Sequence record: SRR31156797_603
Strand: one strand, 5' to 3'
DNA: 50,509 nucleotides
A model generated the notes under the pieces. That model ran no database searches. It saw nothing but the letters and a program-made list of their open reading frames with translations, and was not told the origin of the DNA. Position 1 is the stretch's first letter. Each line of letters opens with the position of its first letter. A program made the position numbers and the translations under genes. This document shows, piece by piece, positions 28,324-38,081 of this stretch.

Positions 28324-28347
28324 TTCTTTTTTTAACATAATGCTTCA

Positions 28348-28995
28348 ATGAAGTATTTTATATTTTTCTCAGTTATTCTATTCATATTGAGCGCATGCAA
28401 ACCCTCTATGGAAATGCATATCTACCCACTTGATAGTGAAAAAGAAATGCCTCGATTTTGCTTCACAGAAAGAATGTTCTTCTACGAAATTTATGAAAAA
28501 GATGAAGCAATGGAACTCTGGATTTTTTCCAAAAAAAGACTTACTGTTGATCAAATAATCTCTCAACCCTTATTCATTTACTTTGCTGAAAAGAATAAAA
28601 AAAACATCAAATATCAACTAAAATATAAAGACCTTGTAAATAGCAGTTTAGAAGATAAAAACAAGAACAGCATCCAACTCAAATTTATTGAGATTGCTGA
28701 AAATGATACCATTAATCAGACTGCTAATTATAAATTTAATGTAGCTACAAATTACAATGGCAATAGTTACGATTTAAGAATTGAATTTCCCAAATCAATC
28801 CTTGAAAGTTTTGAGAATCCTGTTATAGGAATATTTTCGGAAACACCTGCTCCATTTAAAAAGGAAAGAATAAAAGAAGAAGGTGCACCTTCAACTTCAT
28901 TTGATCAACAAAATACTCAAAGGCCTACTCCTGGTCAAACTCAATATATTAGAAAAATTGAGGATATTGATCTTTGGTTTAATGTAATCTTTTAA
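28348..28995 (+). CDS. Hypothetical lipoprotein
   Basis: LSAC lipobox; 24 nt downstream of the preceding gene. Confidence 0.65.
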   Translation: MKYFIFFSVILFILSACKPSMEMHIYPLDSEKEMPRFCFTERMFFYEIYEKDEAMELWIFSKKRLTVDQIISQPLFIYFAEKNKKNIKYQLKYKDLVNSSLEDKNKNSIQLKFIEIAENDTINQTANYKFNVATNYNGNSYDLRIEFPKSILESFENPVIGIFSETPAPFKKERIKEEGAPSTSFDQQNTQRPTPGQTQYIRKIEDIDLWFNVIF

Positions 28996-29010
28996 AAAAC
29001 TTTATATAAC

Positions 29011-29041
29011 AAAAAACCCGGTATTATTTACCGGGTTTTTT
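29011..29041. terminator. Bidirectional terminator
   Basis: AAAAAACCCGGTA-TTATT-TACCGGGTTTTTT, a perfect 13-bp inverted repeat. Confidence 0.88.
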
Positions 29042-29058
29042 GAATACTCATAAATTAT

Positions 29059-31602
29059 TTAACCGCATTCTGACGAACCACAATCCGGACAAATCAAACA
29101 TCCTTCCTGATAAATTAAATTGTTTGAATTACAATTTTTACAATGTTGACCGTCTGCTTTGGTTCCGTTAGGAATATAACGTTTTAGAGCACGCTCTACA
29201 CCATTTTTCCATGTGTTGATATTGGCACTATCCAACTGCAATGAACCTATAAGTGTAACCACATTAGGTATGGGCATTCCATAACGTAATACACTTGATA
29301 TTAATTTAGCGTAGTTCCAGTACTCTTTGTCAAATTTATGAGAAAGTCCTTCTATTGTTGTTCTGTAACCATACTTATTTACATATTGGAAATCGTAACG
29401 AGTTACATCATTTTCGTCTTTGTTTTTAATAATATACCCACCATTAATTGATTTAGGTACAGGCAGTACATCCTCATCTACCATACCGGTAAAAATCTCA
29501 TATGGTTGTCCATCTAATAATCCAATAAATGCAATCCACTGCTCATCATTATTTCTGAACCGAACAATATCACCTTTCAATTTCTTCGGACGTTTAAGCT
29601 CTCTGGTTACTTTTTCGTCCTTTTTATCGTCTTTTGAAATAAGTACACCAGAACGAGAACCGTCACGATAAACCGTTATTCCTTTACAACCAGATTTCCA
29701 CCCTTCTTCATACACTTTTCCAACTACTTCTTCAGAAACATCCTTAGGAAGGTTCACAGTTACCGAAATCGAATGATCAACCCATTTTTGAATTGATCCT
29801 TGCATTTGTACCTTTTTCACCCAATCAACGTCATTTGATGTAGATTGATTATAAGGTGATTTCGCAACAACCTCATTTAGTTTTTCTTCATCATAACTAC
29901 GAACTTCATTCACATCATAACCATTGGCCTCTAACCAAGTTAGAAATTTATGGTGGAATACTATATATTCTTCCCAGCTATCGCCAACCTCGTCTACAAA
30001 TGAAACTTTCACATCCTTATCATTTGGGTTAACCTTTCTTCTTCTTCTATAAACTGGCAAGAATACTGGTTCAATTCCAGATGTAGTTTGGGTCATTAAG
30101 CTAGTAGAGCCGGTTGGAGCAATAGTAAGCATTGCCACATTACGTCGGCCATGCTCTTTCATTCTATCATACAAAGAAGGATCAGCTTCAACAAGACGCT
30201 TAATAAATGGGTTGTTTTTTTCTTTCTCAGTATCGTAAATTGGGAAAGCTCCGCGTTGCTCAGCTAAATCTACTGATGAATTGTAAACAGCTAAAGCTAG
30301 TTCTTTATGCACCTGTGTAGAAAAATCAATACCTTTTTTACTTCCGTATTGTAATCCCATTGCGGCTAGCATATCACCTTCTGCGGTAATTCCAATTCCT
30401 GTACGACGTCCTTGTTCTGCTTTTTCCTTAATTTTCTCCCATAAACGTTTTTCAGTATATTTTACTTCTTCGTCTTCCGGGTCAGAAGTAATTTTGTCCA
30501 GAATAGCATCTATTTTCTCAATCTCAAGATCAATAATATCGTCCATCATGCGATGTGCAACAGCTGCATGTTGCTTGAAAAGATCAAAATTAAATTTAGC
30601 TTTCTTTGTGAATGGATTTTCCACATAGCTATATAAGTTAATTGCTAACAAACGACAACTGTCATATGGACATAAAGGAATCTCACCACAAGGATTTGTA
30701 GATACAGTTTTAAAACCATGCTCCACATAGCTATCAGGAACAGATTCTTCGATAATTGTATCCCAGAACATAATTCCCGGTTCTGCTGATTTCCATGCAT
30801 TATGTACAATCTTTTTCCACAATCTTCTTGCATCAACCTCTTTAGTCATAGTAGGCTTATCAGATTCAATAGGATATTGTTGTACGTAGCTTTTATTATC
30901 AATTACCGCACGCATAAAATCATGGTCAATTTTTACAGAAACATTAGCTCCTGTAATTTTGCCTTGTTCAAGTTTAGCATCAATAAAATCTTCACTATCC
31001 GGATGCTTAATACTAACAGTAAGCATTAATGCACCACGACGTCCATCCTGGGCAACTTCTCTGGTCGAATTAGAGAAACGTTCCATGAATGGGACAAGTC
31101 CCGTTGATGTAAGTGCACTATTTTTCACCTGACTACCTTTGGGTCTGATATGAGAAAGATCGTGTCCAACTCCACCTCTACGCTTCATTAACTGCACTTG
31201 TTCCTGGTCTGTTTTCATTATACCACCATATGAATCAGCCATTTTATCATTACCGACTACAAAACAGTTAGACAATGAAGCAATTTGATAAGTATTACCT
31301 ATACCAGCCATGGGGCTTCCTTGCGGAACTATATATTTAAAATTCTTCAGCACATCGAAAAGTTCCTGAGCACTTTTCGGGTTGTTATACTTTTTCTCAA
31401 TGCGATGTAATTCATTGGCAATTCTCCAATGCATATCGTTTGGATTTTTCTCGTATAGGTTCCCCTGTGAATCTTTTAACGCATACTTGTTAATCCAAAC
31501 TGTTGCTGCTAATTCGTCTCCATTGAAATATTCAATCGAGCTTTCCAACGCCTCCTTGTAAGTGTAAGTGGTTGTTTTTTTCTTGGTTGCGACCATTTCC
31601 AT
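29059..31602 (-). CDS. nrdJ: Adenosylcobalamin-dependent (class II) ribonucleoside-diphosphate reductase
   Basis: SLSNCFV, RRGGVG, RRGALM, TNPCGEIPL, TIAPTG, KGITVYRDGSR, C-terminal CxxC...CxxCxxC. No ATP cone and no adjacent NrdB. Confidence 0.93.
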   Translation of the reverse strand: MEMVATKKKTTTYTYKEALESSIEYFNGDELAATVWINKYALKDSQGNLYEKNPNDMHWRIANELHRIEKKYNNPKSAQELFDVLKNFKYIVPQGSPMAGIGNTYQIASLSNCFVVGNDKMADSYGGIMKTDQEQVQLMKRRGGVGHDLSHIRPKGSQVKNSALTSTGLVPFMERFSNSTREVAQDGRRGALMLTVSIKHPDSEDFIDAKLEQGKITGANVSVKIDHDFMRAVIDNKSYVQQYPIESDKPTMTKEVDARRLWKKIVHNAWKSAEPGIMFWDTIIEESVPDSYVEHGFKTVSTNPCGEIPLCPYDSCRLLAINLYSYVENPFTKKAKFNFDLFKQHAAVAHRMMDDIIDLEIEKIDAILDKITSDPEDEEVKYTEKRLWEKIKEKAEQGRRTGIGITAEGDMLAAMGLQYGSKKGIDFSTQVHKELALAVYNSSVDLAEQRGAFPIYDTEKEKNNPFIKRLVEADPSLYDRMKEHGRRNVAMLTIAPTGSTSLMTQTTSGIEPVFLPVYRRRRKVNPNDKDVKVSFVDEVGDSWEEYIVFHHKFLTWLEANGYDVNEVRSYDEEKLNEVVAKSPYNQSTSNDVDWVKKVQMQGSIQKWVDHSISVTVNLPKDVSEEVVGKVYEEGWKSGCKGITVYRDGSRSGVLISKDDKKDEKVTRELKRPKKLKGDIVRFRNNDEQWIAFIGLLDGQPYEIFTGMVDEDVLPVPKSINGGYIIKNKDENDVTRYDFQYVNKYGYRTTIEGLSHKFDKEYWNYAKLISSVLRYGMPIPNVVTLIGSLQLDSANINTWKNGVERALKRYIPNGTKADGQHCKNCNSNNLIYQEGCLICPDCGSSECG

Positions 31603-31818
31603 ATTATTCGACCCAGTTAATATATTATTACTTTCTTAAAATCTCTAAAAATCTCCAATTGCCTTTTTGCGGTAATTTATTGTTGGCGAATTTAGGATGA
31701 AAGATTATTAAAGTAAAAAATGGTTATTAACACTGTTGAAAAATGCCATGTTAATTTTCTGTAAAAGAAATGGTTAATCGGTTGATTTCTATTTTAAAGA
31801 AATTTTAATCGTTAATTA

Positions 31819-33054
31819 TTAGTTAACAAGCTTTGATTCAATAGCTTGGAGCACCATGTTTGTCGCACCTAATTGACCCTCAACGAATGCCGTTATTTTT
31901 TCTGATTGCTCAGCCAAATATTCTTTGTTATTGAAATACTTTTCAACCGTAATTTTAAATTCCTCAAAATCAGATATCGGATGAATTAATTTAAATTTAC
32001 TCATTGTTACAGCTTCGTAGAATTTACTGTATTTTGGCCCTATGATAACGGGGATTCCATAAACTGCCGGTTCCAATATATTGTGAATACCTTTACCAAA
32101 TCCTCCACCTACAATAGCCAGCTGGCCATAACGATATACAGATGATAACAGTCCAATACTATCAACCAGCAAGATTCGGGCATTACGTACTTCATCAGTT
32201 GTTGTTTGAGATAATCTTACAACCTTTCCATTTATATTATCTTCATAATAATTATAGGTTTTCTCATGCAGTTCATGAGGTGCAACAACAACCTTAATTT
32301 TTTCAACTGAATTAATGAGCTTTACTATCATTTCATTCTCTGCTGCCCAAGTACTTCCAGCGACAACGGTAAATTCATTTTGGGCAAACGCATCGATTTC
32401 AGGTATTGATTTAGCCTCTTTAGCAATTGCATGAACACGATCATAACGTGTATCACCACAAACAGAAACTTGATCAATTCCTACCTTCACTAAAAGTTGC
32501 ATTGACAGATCATTTTGAACAAAAAACCTTGAAAAATAGGCTAAATGCTTTCTAAACCAAATTCCAATCAGTTTAAAAAATATTTGAGATTCTCTAAAAA
32601 TTGCCGAAACTGAATATAGCGGAATGCTATTATTATGTAATGTTTTTAAATAATTGAACCAAAATTCATATTTGATAAATACAGCTAATTTTGGGTTTAC
32701 CAATTTGACAAAGGTCCTGGCATTTTGTAACGTATCGGTCGGCAAATACATTACCAAATCTGCTTTTTCATAATATTTTCGAACCTCATAACCACTAGGA
32801 GAATAAAAAGTGAGTAAAATAAATTCATTGGGATACTTTTTCTTCAGCGCTTCAATAAGTGGCCTTCCTTGTTCAAATTCACCCAGACTAGAACAATGAA
32901 TCCAAATTGGTTTGACCCCTTGAGGTATCATTTGAAGTGTTGATTTCCAATTCCGTCTTCCTTTAAGCCAATACTTTGCTTTTTGGTTATTAACGGCTGC
33001 CAGCCAAACCAAAAAAGTATAAAATCGAATACCAAAGGAATAAAGTAACCTCAT
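31819..33054 (-). CDS. waaA: 3-deoxy-D-manno-octulosonate (Kdo) transferase
   Basis: WIHCSSLGE, YLPTD, GDTRYDR, AGSTW, GGGF..GIHNILEPA. Confidence 0.95.
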   Translation of the reverse strand: MRLLYSFGIRFYTFLVWLAAVNNQKAKYWLKGRRNWKSTLQMIPQGVKPIWIHCSSLGEFEQGRPLIEALKKKYPNEFILLTFYSPSGYEVRKYYEKADLVMYLPTDTLQNARTFVKLVNPKLAVFIKYEFWFNYLKTLHNNSIPLYSVSAIFRESQIFFKLIGIWFRKHLAYFSRFFVQNDLSMQLLVKVGIDQVSVCGDTRYDRVHAIAKEAKSIPEIDAFAQNEFTVVAGSTWAAENEMIVKLINSVEKIKVVVAPHELHEKTYNYYEDNINGKVVRLSQTTTDEVRNARILLVDSIGLLSSVYRYGQLAIVGGGFGKGIHNILEPAVYGIPVIIGPKYSKFYEAVTMSKFKLIHPISDFEEFKITVEKYFNNKEYLAEQSEKITAFVEGQLGATNMVLQAIESKLVN

Positions 33055-33821
33055 TAATAATAGTAGTATTCTGTTGACATTCTTCTATGCAAAGATATTA
33101 CCCAGCCAAATTTGAAACTATACAATAAATCCAAACGATTATCATCAATTTTACGCTCTTCGATAAAGTCCCAATCGCGTCTATTTTGTGTAAAACCCTG
33201 GGTAAATTCAAAACCCGCATAAAAATTCCAAATTGCTTTCTCTGCAAAAAACATATAACCAACAAATTGATTTAGCATCAGACCATTACATAATCTGTCG
33301 TATCCTTTAATATAGTCTTCTGATAATTGAGGAATATTTTTAAAGCGATCTTGTATAAATATTTTGTGTTGCAGTAATCCGGCTCCAGCCGAAACAAAAA
33401 TACCTGAATTAGGATTTGGATTAAGCACAGGAATAACGTAACCAATTTTCCCTACTGCTGTAAACCCTGCTAACCTTTCTTGCGTTACGCCAACCTCACC
33501 ATAAATATTTGTAATAAAACCGTCCTCATTGGATAGATATTCATAATAATCATCCTTATTAATATCATCACTAAATAAATAGTTTGCTTCAACTCCAAGA
33601 AGAAAATTAGATTTAAATTTTAACATAAATCCTGCACCAACCTGGCCACTTCCACTATATCTTTTGGCAAAATCTCCCCCTGGATGATTATATCCCAAAT
33701 TAGCTGAAATCATTGGAATAAGCATACGATCATCTTTAATGGTTTGTGCATTTGATAACTGTGAATAACCAATAAAAAGGATCATTAAAAAACTAATCAA
33801 ACTGCGCTCAATGAATTTCAT
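33054..33821 (-). CDS. Hypothetical outer-membrane beta-barrel protein
   Basis: Signal peptide, alternating amphipathic strands, aromatic C-terminus; 1-nt TAATG overlap with waaA. Confidence 0.7.
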   Translation of the reverse strand: MKFIERSLISFLMILFIGYSQLSNAQTIKDDRMLIPMISANLGYNHPGGDFAKRYSGSGQVGAGFMLKFKSNFLLGVEANYLFSDDINKDDYYEYLSNEDGFITNIYGEVGVTQERLAGFTAVGKIGYVIPVLNPNPNSGIFVSAGAGLLQHKIFIQDRFKNIPQLSEDYIKGYDRLCNGLMLNQFVGYMFFAEKAIWNFYAGFEFTQGFTQNRRDWDFIEERKIDDNRLDLLYSFKFGWVISLHRRMSTEYYYY

Positions 33822-33947
33822 AAATCTCTGATATATCTAATACAATTAATTTATACTTCAACGTGCGAAAGTAAAAATAATTTGATCGTGCCCGTAATTT
33901 TATGATAAGTTTTTTACTTGTATGTTGCTTTAAGCTCAGTAAAATAA

Positions 33948-33955
33948 TACTTTTG
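33948..33955 (+). promoter_or_regulatory. Sigma-A -7 element for the coaX operon
   Basis: TACTTTTG followed by CA. Confidence 0.65.
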
Positions 33956-33987
33956 CAAATATTATAATCCAATTATTCTCAATTAAA

Positions 33988-34716
33988 ATGAATCTCATTA
34001 TAGATTCCGGAAACACAAGGGTTAAGTTTTTTGAAGTTGAAACAGATCACATATCAGACCCTGTAGTCTTTTCAAATAAGGAAATCGAAAAAATAAATCA
34101 GTATTTAGATAAAGTTCCCTTTAATCAGGTAATTTCAAGCAATGTTGGAGAGTCAATTCCGGCTTGGGAGCAAAAAATTGAGAATACGGCACAAAAGTAT
34201 ATCAAATTCAATCATACTACACCAATACCTATAGAGAATAAATACGATACCCCGGAAACGTTGGGTTATGACAGATTAGCAGCTGCTATTGGTGCAGCAA
34301 CAATATTCCCAAACAAAAACATATTAATTATTGATTTTGGAACAGCCATTACTTATGATATTGTTTCAAATAACTGTTATCTGGGTGGTGCCATAGCTCC
34401 AGGAATGGAATTGAGGTTTCGATCATTACATCAGCACACAAGCAGACTTCCATTATTAAAAGCCAAAACAGCATTTAAAACTCCGGGTAAAACTACACAA
34501 GAAAGTATTCTAAATGGTGTAATACAAGGAATAAAAAACGAAGTAGAAGGAACTATTAACAGTTACAGTAAAGAATATTCAGAATTAATTACCGTTATTA
34601 CCGGTGGAGACATGGAATTTTTTGCTAAAATCATAAAAAATAGCATCTTTGCAGAGCCAAAATTAATTGCAAAGGGCTTAATTAATATATTGAATTACAA
34701 TGTGGAGAAGATTTAG
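33988..34716 (+). CDS. coaX: Type III pantothenate kinase
   Basis: IDSGNT, LGYDR, IDFGTAITYD, GGAIAPG, ITGGD. Confidence 0.96.
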   Translation: MNLIIDSGNTRVKFFEVETDHISDPVVFSNKEIEKINQYLDKVPFNQVISSNVGESIPAWEQKIENTAQKYIKFNHTTPIPIENKYDTPETLGYDRLAAAIGAATIFPNKNILIIDFGTAITYDIVSNNCYLGGAIAPGMELRFRSLHQHTSRLPLLKAKTAFKTPGKTTQESILNGVIQGIKNEVEGTINSYSKEYSELITVITGGDMEFFAKIIKNSIFAEPKLIAKGLINILNYNVEKI

Positions 34717-35989
34717 TATTTTTTTAATTGCAACATCGTTTGCAATTTCAGCAGCGTGGGGACAAAACAATGCTAATTCACCTTATTCGATTTTTGGACT
34801 AGGTGACTTATATACAGCGGGATACATACAATTCCCTGAATACGGAGGAGCATCAACAGCCTTACTTCAAAAGAACATCATCAATTTTGCTAATCCGGCA
34901 GCATATAGAGCAATTGACAGCATGAGGTTTGTAATTGATTTTGCATTTAATGGCAATTATAAGCAAATTCAAGATGAAAATGCATCTTCAACCTCAAAGG
35001 ACCTTAATTTTTCATATTATGCAATAGGGTTTCGCGCACTACCATGGTGGCATATTAGCCTTGGAATTACACCTATATCTAATCGAAATTACAGAATTGG
35101 ATTAAAAGCCACCGATTTTGATATATATAGCGAAACCTACTATATTGGAAATGGAAACTTAAATCAAGCATATTTTGGGTCATCATTTTCGATTTTGCCT
35201 AATCTTTCTGTTGGATTTAATGTGCAATATTTATTTGGAGTTTTGAATGAAACAAAAACTATATTATTTCCAAATGAACCATTCATGAGAAATACTCAGG
35301 AAGGATATAATCGGAAAATAAATGATTTCGGATTTAATACCGGGTTATTATATACTTATGAGCTAGGTGACGCTAAAAAATTAAACTTTGGTTTTACTTA
35401 TACTCCTAAAAAGAAAGTCAACTTTACCGAAAATTACCTTTTTGGAGCCACAACCTATAGCAACCTTGAAAACATTGAAGACAACGTAATTATTGATACT
35501 ACTGACTATTATGAAGATTTGGATAGATATTTTTATATCCCTCACAGTTTTGGATTTGGATTGAGTTATGGGGAATATCTTAAAAGAACCGCAACAATTG
35601 CTGTAGATTATTCCCTTTGGAAAGATTCTGACAATTCTAATATTCAAAGTAATGTCACTGAATTTCGTAATAGCTTAAGGATAAGTGGTGGATATGACTT
35701 CACGCCAAAGTGGAATTCTGCCACAAGTTATTTTAAACGAAGCACATACGTGTTTGGCGCATTTTTTGAACAACAATATATGAAAGTCAATGACCAAAAC
35801 ATAAATGGCTTTGGATTATCAGCGAGCATTAAAATGCCTATTCGAAGAGTAAATGCCATTGTAAATTTGGGTCTTGAATATGGACAAAGAGGAATGATTA
35901 AAGAAAACTTAATAAGGGAAAACTATATAAAACTTAACTTGAAATTTAATTTTAGAGAAGTCTGGTTTTTCGAAAGAAAATTTGATTAA
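34700..35989 (+). CDS. Outer membrane beta-barrel protein (FadL-like family found after coaX in Bacteroidetes)
   Basis: NSPYSIFGLGD, NFANPAAY, C-terminal EVWFFERKFD; gene order. Confidence 0.75.
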   Translation: MWRRFSIFLIATSFAISAAWGQNNANSPYSIFGLGDLYTAGYIQFPEYGGASTALLQKNIINFANPAAYRAIDSMRFVIDFAFNGNYKQIQDENASSTSKDLNFSYYAIGFRALPWWHISLGITPISNRNYRIGLKATDFDIYSETYYIGNGNLNQAYFGSSFSILPNLSVGFNVQYLFGVLNETKTILFPNEPFMRNTQEGYNRKINDFGFNTGLLYTYELGDAKKLNFGFTYTPKKKVNFTENYLFGATTYSNLENIEDNVIIDTTDYYEDLDRYFYIPHSFGFGLSYGEYLKRTATIAVDYSLWKDSDNSNIQSNVTEFRNSLRISGGYDFTPKWNSATSYFKRSTYVFGAFFEQQYMKVNDQNINGFGLSASIKMPIRRVNAIVNLGLEYGQRGMIKENLIRENYIKLNLKFNFREVWFFERKFD

Positions 35990-36008
35990 CTCAAAAAATA
36001 AAAAGATT

Positions 36009-37334
36009 ATGAAAGCAAAGGCAAATCTTTTAGTAGTATTTATGATGATTTTAGCCATCTCAACATCGATGGCACAAAAAGGTGTAGAAGACGGATCCAA
36101 ATACGGACATGGTGAAGATAGTATCCGTGCATTACAAAATCTTTCAATGTACAAGCAATTCTACAAACAAAAAAGCTACAAAGACGCTATTAAATCATGG
36201 CGAATTGTATTTAATGAAGCCCCACTAATTAGTAAAAACATGTACATACATGGTGTAAACATGTATAAAAGGAAATACCAAAGTGCGAAAACCTGGGACT
36301 TACGTGAAAAATATGTAGATACTATAATGATGGTTTATGACCAGCGAATGAAATATTTCAATGAGCCTGAGTTATTGGCGCGTAAAGGTGTTGATTTAAA
36401 TAATTTGAGTCCAAAACGCAAAAAAGAAGCATACGACATGCTCCATAAGGCCGTTGAGGAAATGGGTATGGAAACGCCTGAATTTGCTATAAATGAATTA
36501 ATGCAGGCTGCGTTATCGTTATACAAAGACGGGAAAATTACTGCTGACGAGATGGTAAGTGATTTTGCGCTCTCATCAGACATTGTAGATCAGCAAACTA
36601 AAAACGCAACAGGCAAGGATAAAGAAACACTTATCAAAGTGCAGCAAAATGTTGAATTAATCTTCATTAATAGTGGAGCTGCAACTTGTGAAACTTTAGT
36701 TCCTTTGTTAACTGATAAATTCGAAAAAGCGCCAAAAGATCTTGATAACCTAAAGAAAACTGTTGGATTACTTAGAAAGTTTGATTGCGAAGAATCTGAT
36801 GTATATGAAAAAAGTGCTGTAAACTTATATGATCTTGAGCCTTCTGCAAACTCTGCTTATGGTATCTCTCGTGTATTCCTGAAAAAAGAAAACTGGGAAA
36901 AAGCGGTATTTTATTATGAGGAGGCAATTAAATTAGAAGAAGATAGTTTAACCAAAGCTCGCTATCACAAAGAATTAGCGGAAGTATTATTGGCTGCCGA
37001 CATGAGTCCTATCAAAGCAGTTCAAAATGCTAGAGATGCATTGAAATTTAATCCAAAAGATGGATCGCCTTATCTAACTATTGGACGTGCATATGCGAAT
37101 GCAAACATTGGAGAAAATAAGTTTGAGAAAAGCACTAAATTCTGGGCCGCAGTAGACATGTTTTACAAAGCTAAAGCTGTAGATCCTGAAACTGCCGGTG
37201 CTGCAACAAAGTTAATCAATACTTACTCACAATATTTTCCAAATAAAGAAGAAGCTTTCTTTTACAATGTAACAGAAGGTCAAACTTATACTGTACCTGG
37301 ATGGATTAACCATACCACCAAAGTAAGATTCTAA
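36009..37334 (+). CDS. Periplasmic TPR-repeat protein
   Basis: Signal peptide and helical TPR-like repeats (WEKAVFYYEEAIKLE, FWAAVDMFYKAKAVDP). ATG 36009 preferred over TTG 35982. Confidence 0.85.
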   Translation: MKAKANLLVVFMMILAISTSMAQKGVEDGSKYGHGEDSIRALQNLSMYKQFYKQKSYKDAIKSWRIVFNEAPLISKNMYIHGVNMYKRKYQSAKTWDLREKYVDTIMMVYDQRMKYFNEPELLARKGVDLNNLSPKRKKEAYDMLHKAVEEMGMETPEFAINELMQAALSLYKDGKITADEMVSDFALSSDIVDQQTKNATGKDKETLIKVQQNVELIFINSGAATCETLVPLLTDKFEKAPKDLDNLKKTVGLLRKFDCEESDVYEKSAVNLYDLEPSANSAYGISRVFLKKENWEKAVFYYEEAIKLEEDSLTKARYHKELAEVLLAADMSPIKAVQNARDALKFNPKDGSPYLTIGRAYANANIGENKFEKSTKFWAAVDMFYKAKAVDPETAGAATKLINTYSQYFPNKEEAFFYNVTEGQTYTVPGWINHTTKVRF

Positions 37335-37904
37335 ATGAAAAGAAACCGAAATATCATTAAGATGATTCCTGTTTTGGCAGGAGTCATCTTTTTTTTATCT
37401 TGTAAAAATGATATTGAGGTTGTAAAAAGAATAACAAGCATCGAAACTTATCCTACCATGGAGGCAGAAAACATTACCTTTCTGCGAAGTGACTCTGGCA
37501 GGATTGCGGTTAAAGCCATAAGCCCCCTTGTTAAAGAATATGCTGCCGCCAAAGAACCATATACAGAATTTCCACAGGGATTAAAAGCTGAATTCTTAGA
37601 TCGACATGGAAACATTTCCTCAAGTGTATCTGCTAATTATGTCATTCATAAAACAAATGAAGAAAAATGGATTGCCAGGTACAATGTAGAGGTTATGGAT
37701 CAGGAAGGAAGAATTATAAATACAGAATATATGGTATTTGATGAAAAAAAAGGAAAATTTTATTCAAATCAATTTACTAAGTTCACTGAGAAAGATGCCA
37801 TCATATACGGTAAGGGCTTTGAGTCAGACATGAATCTATCAAACGCAAAAATTATTGAACCTACAGGGTTTTTCTACGTTGATGAAGAACAATACAAAAA
37901 TTAA
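37335..37904 (+). CDS. lptC: LPS export ABC transporter periplasmic protein LptC
   Basis: LSC lipobox, SDSG, EPYTEFPQGL, GKGFESD; gene order. Confidence 0.85.
   Translation: MKRNRNIIKMIPVLAGVIFFLSCKNDIEVVKRITSIETYPTMEAENITFLRSDSGRIAVKAISPLVKEYAAAKEPYTEFPQGLKAEFLDRHGNISSSVSANYVIHKTNEEKWIARYNVEVMDQEGRIINTEYMVFDEKKGKFYSNQFTKFTEKDAIIYGKGFESDMNLSNAKIIEPTGFFYVDEEQYKN
37359..37396 (+). terminator. Intrinsic-terminator-like hairpin inside the lptC signal-peptide coding region
   Basis: AAGATGATTCCTG-TTTTGG-CAGGAGTCATCTT then TTTTTT (13 bp with one G-U). Confidence 0.65.
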
Positions 37905-38070
37905 AATTGAACAAATTCTTAAGTTCACATGGTTGGTTGCTGCTATAATTTTAGTAGGTATGGGGTTTTATTACGGAACCCAAATTGGATGGAAACCTGC
38001 TACTAAATTTTTTCTTCTTAGTGGAATTTCATTTTTATTTTTTATTCGTCGTCACTATTTTAGCAAATAA
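37882..38070 (+). CDS. Small two-TM membrane protein
   Basis: Fills the lptC-hemolysin gap in operon orientation; two hydrophobic helices and a basic tail. Confidence 0.6.
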   Translation: MKNNTKIKIEQILKFTWLVAAIILVGMGFYYGTQIGWKPATKFFLLSGISFLFFIRRHYFSK

Positions 38071-38081
38071 ATCTATTTTGC

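Noticed and set aside
29059..31818. Intein or intron in nrdJ, or an upstream cobalamin riboswitch
   Set aside because: The ORF is continuous, of ordinary length and has no splicing motifs. The leader is short, AT-rich and shows no B12-box.
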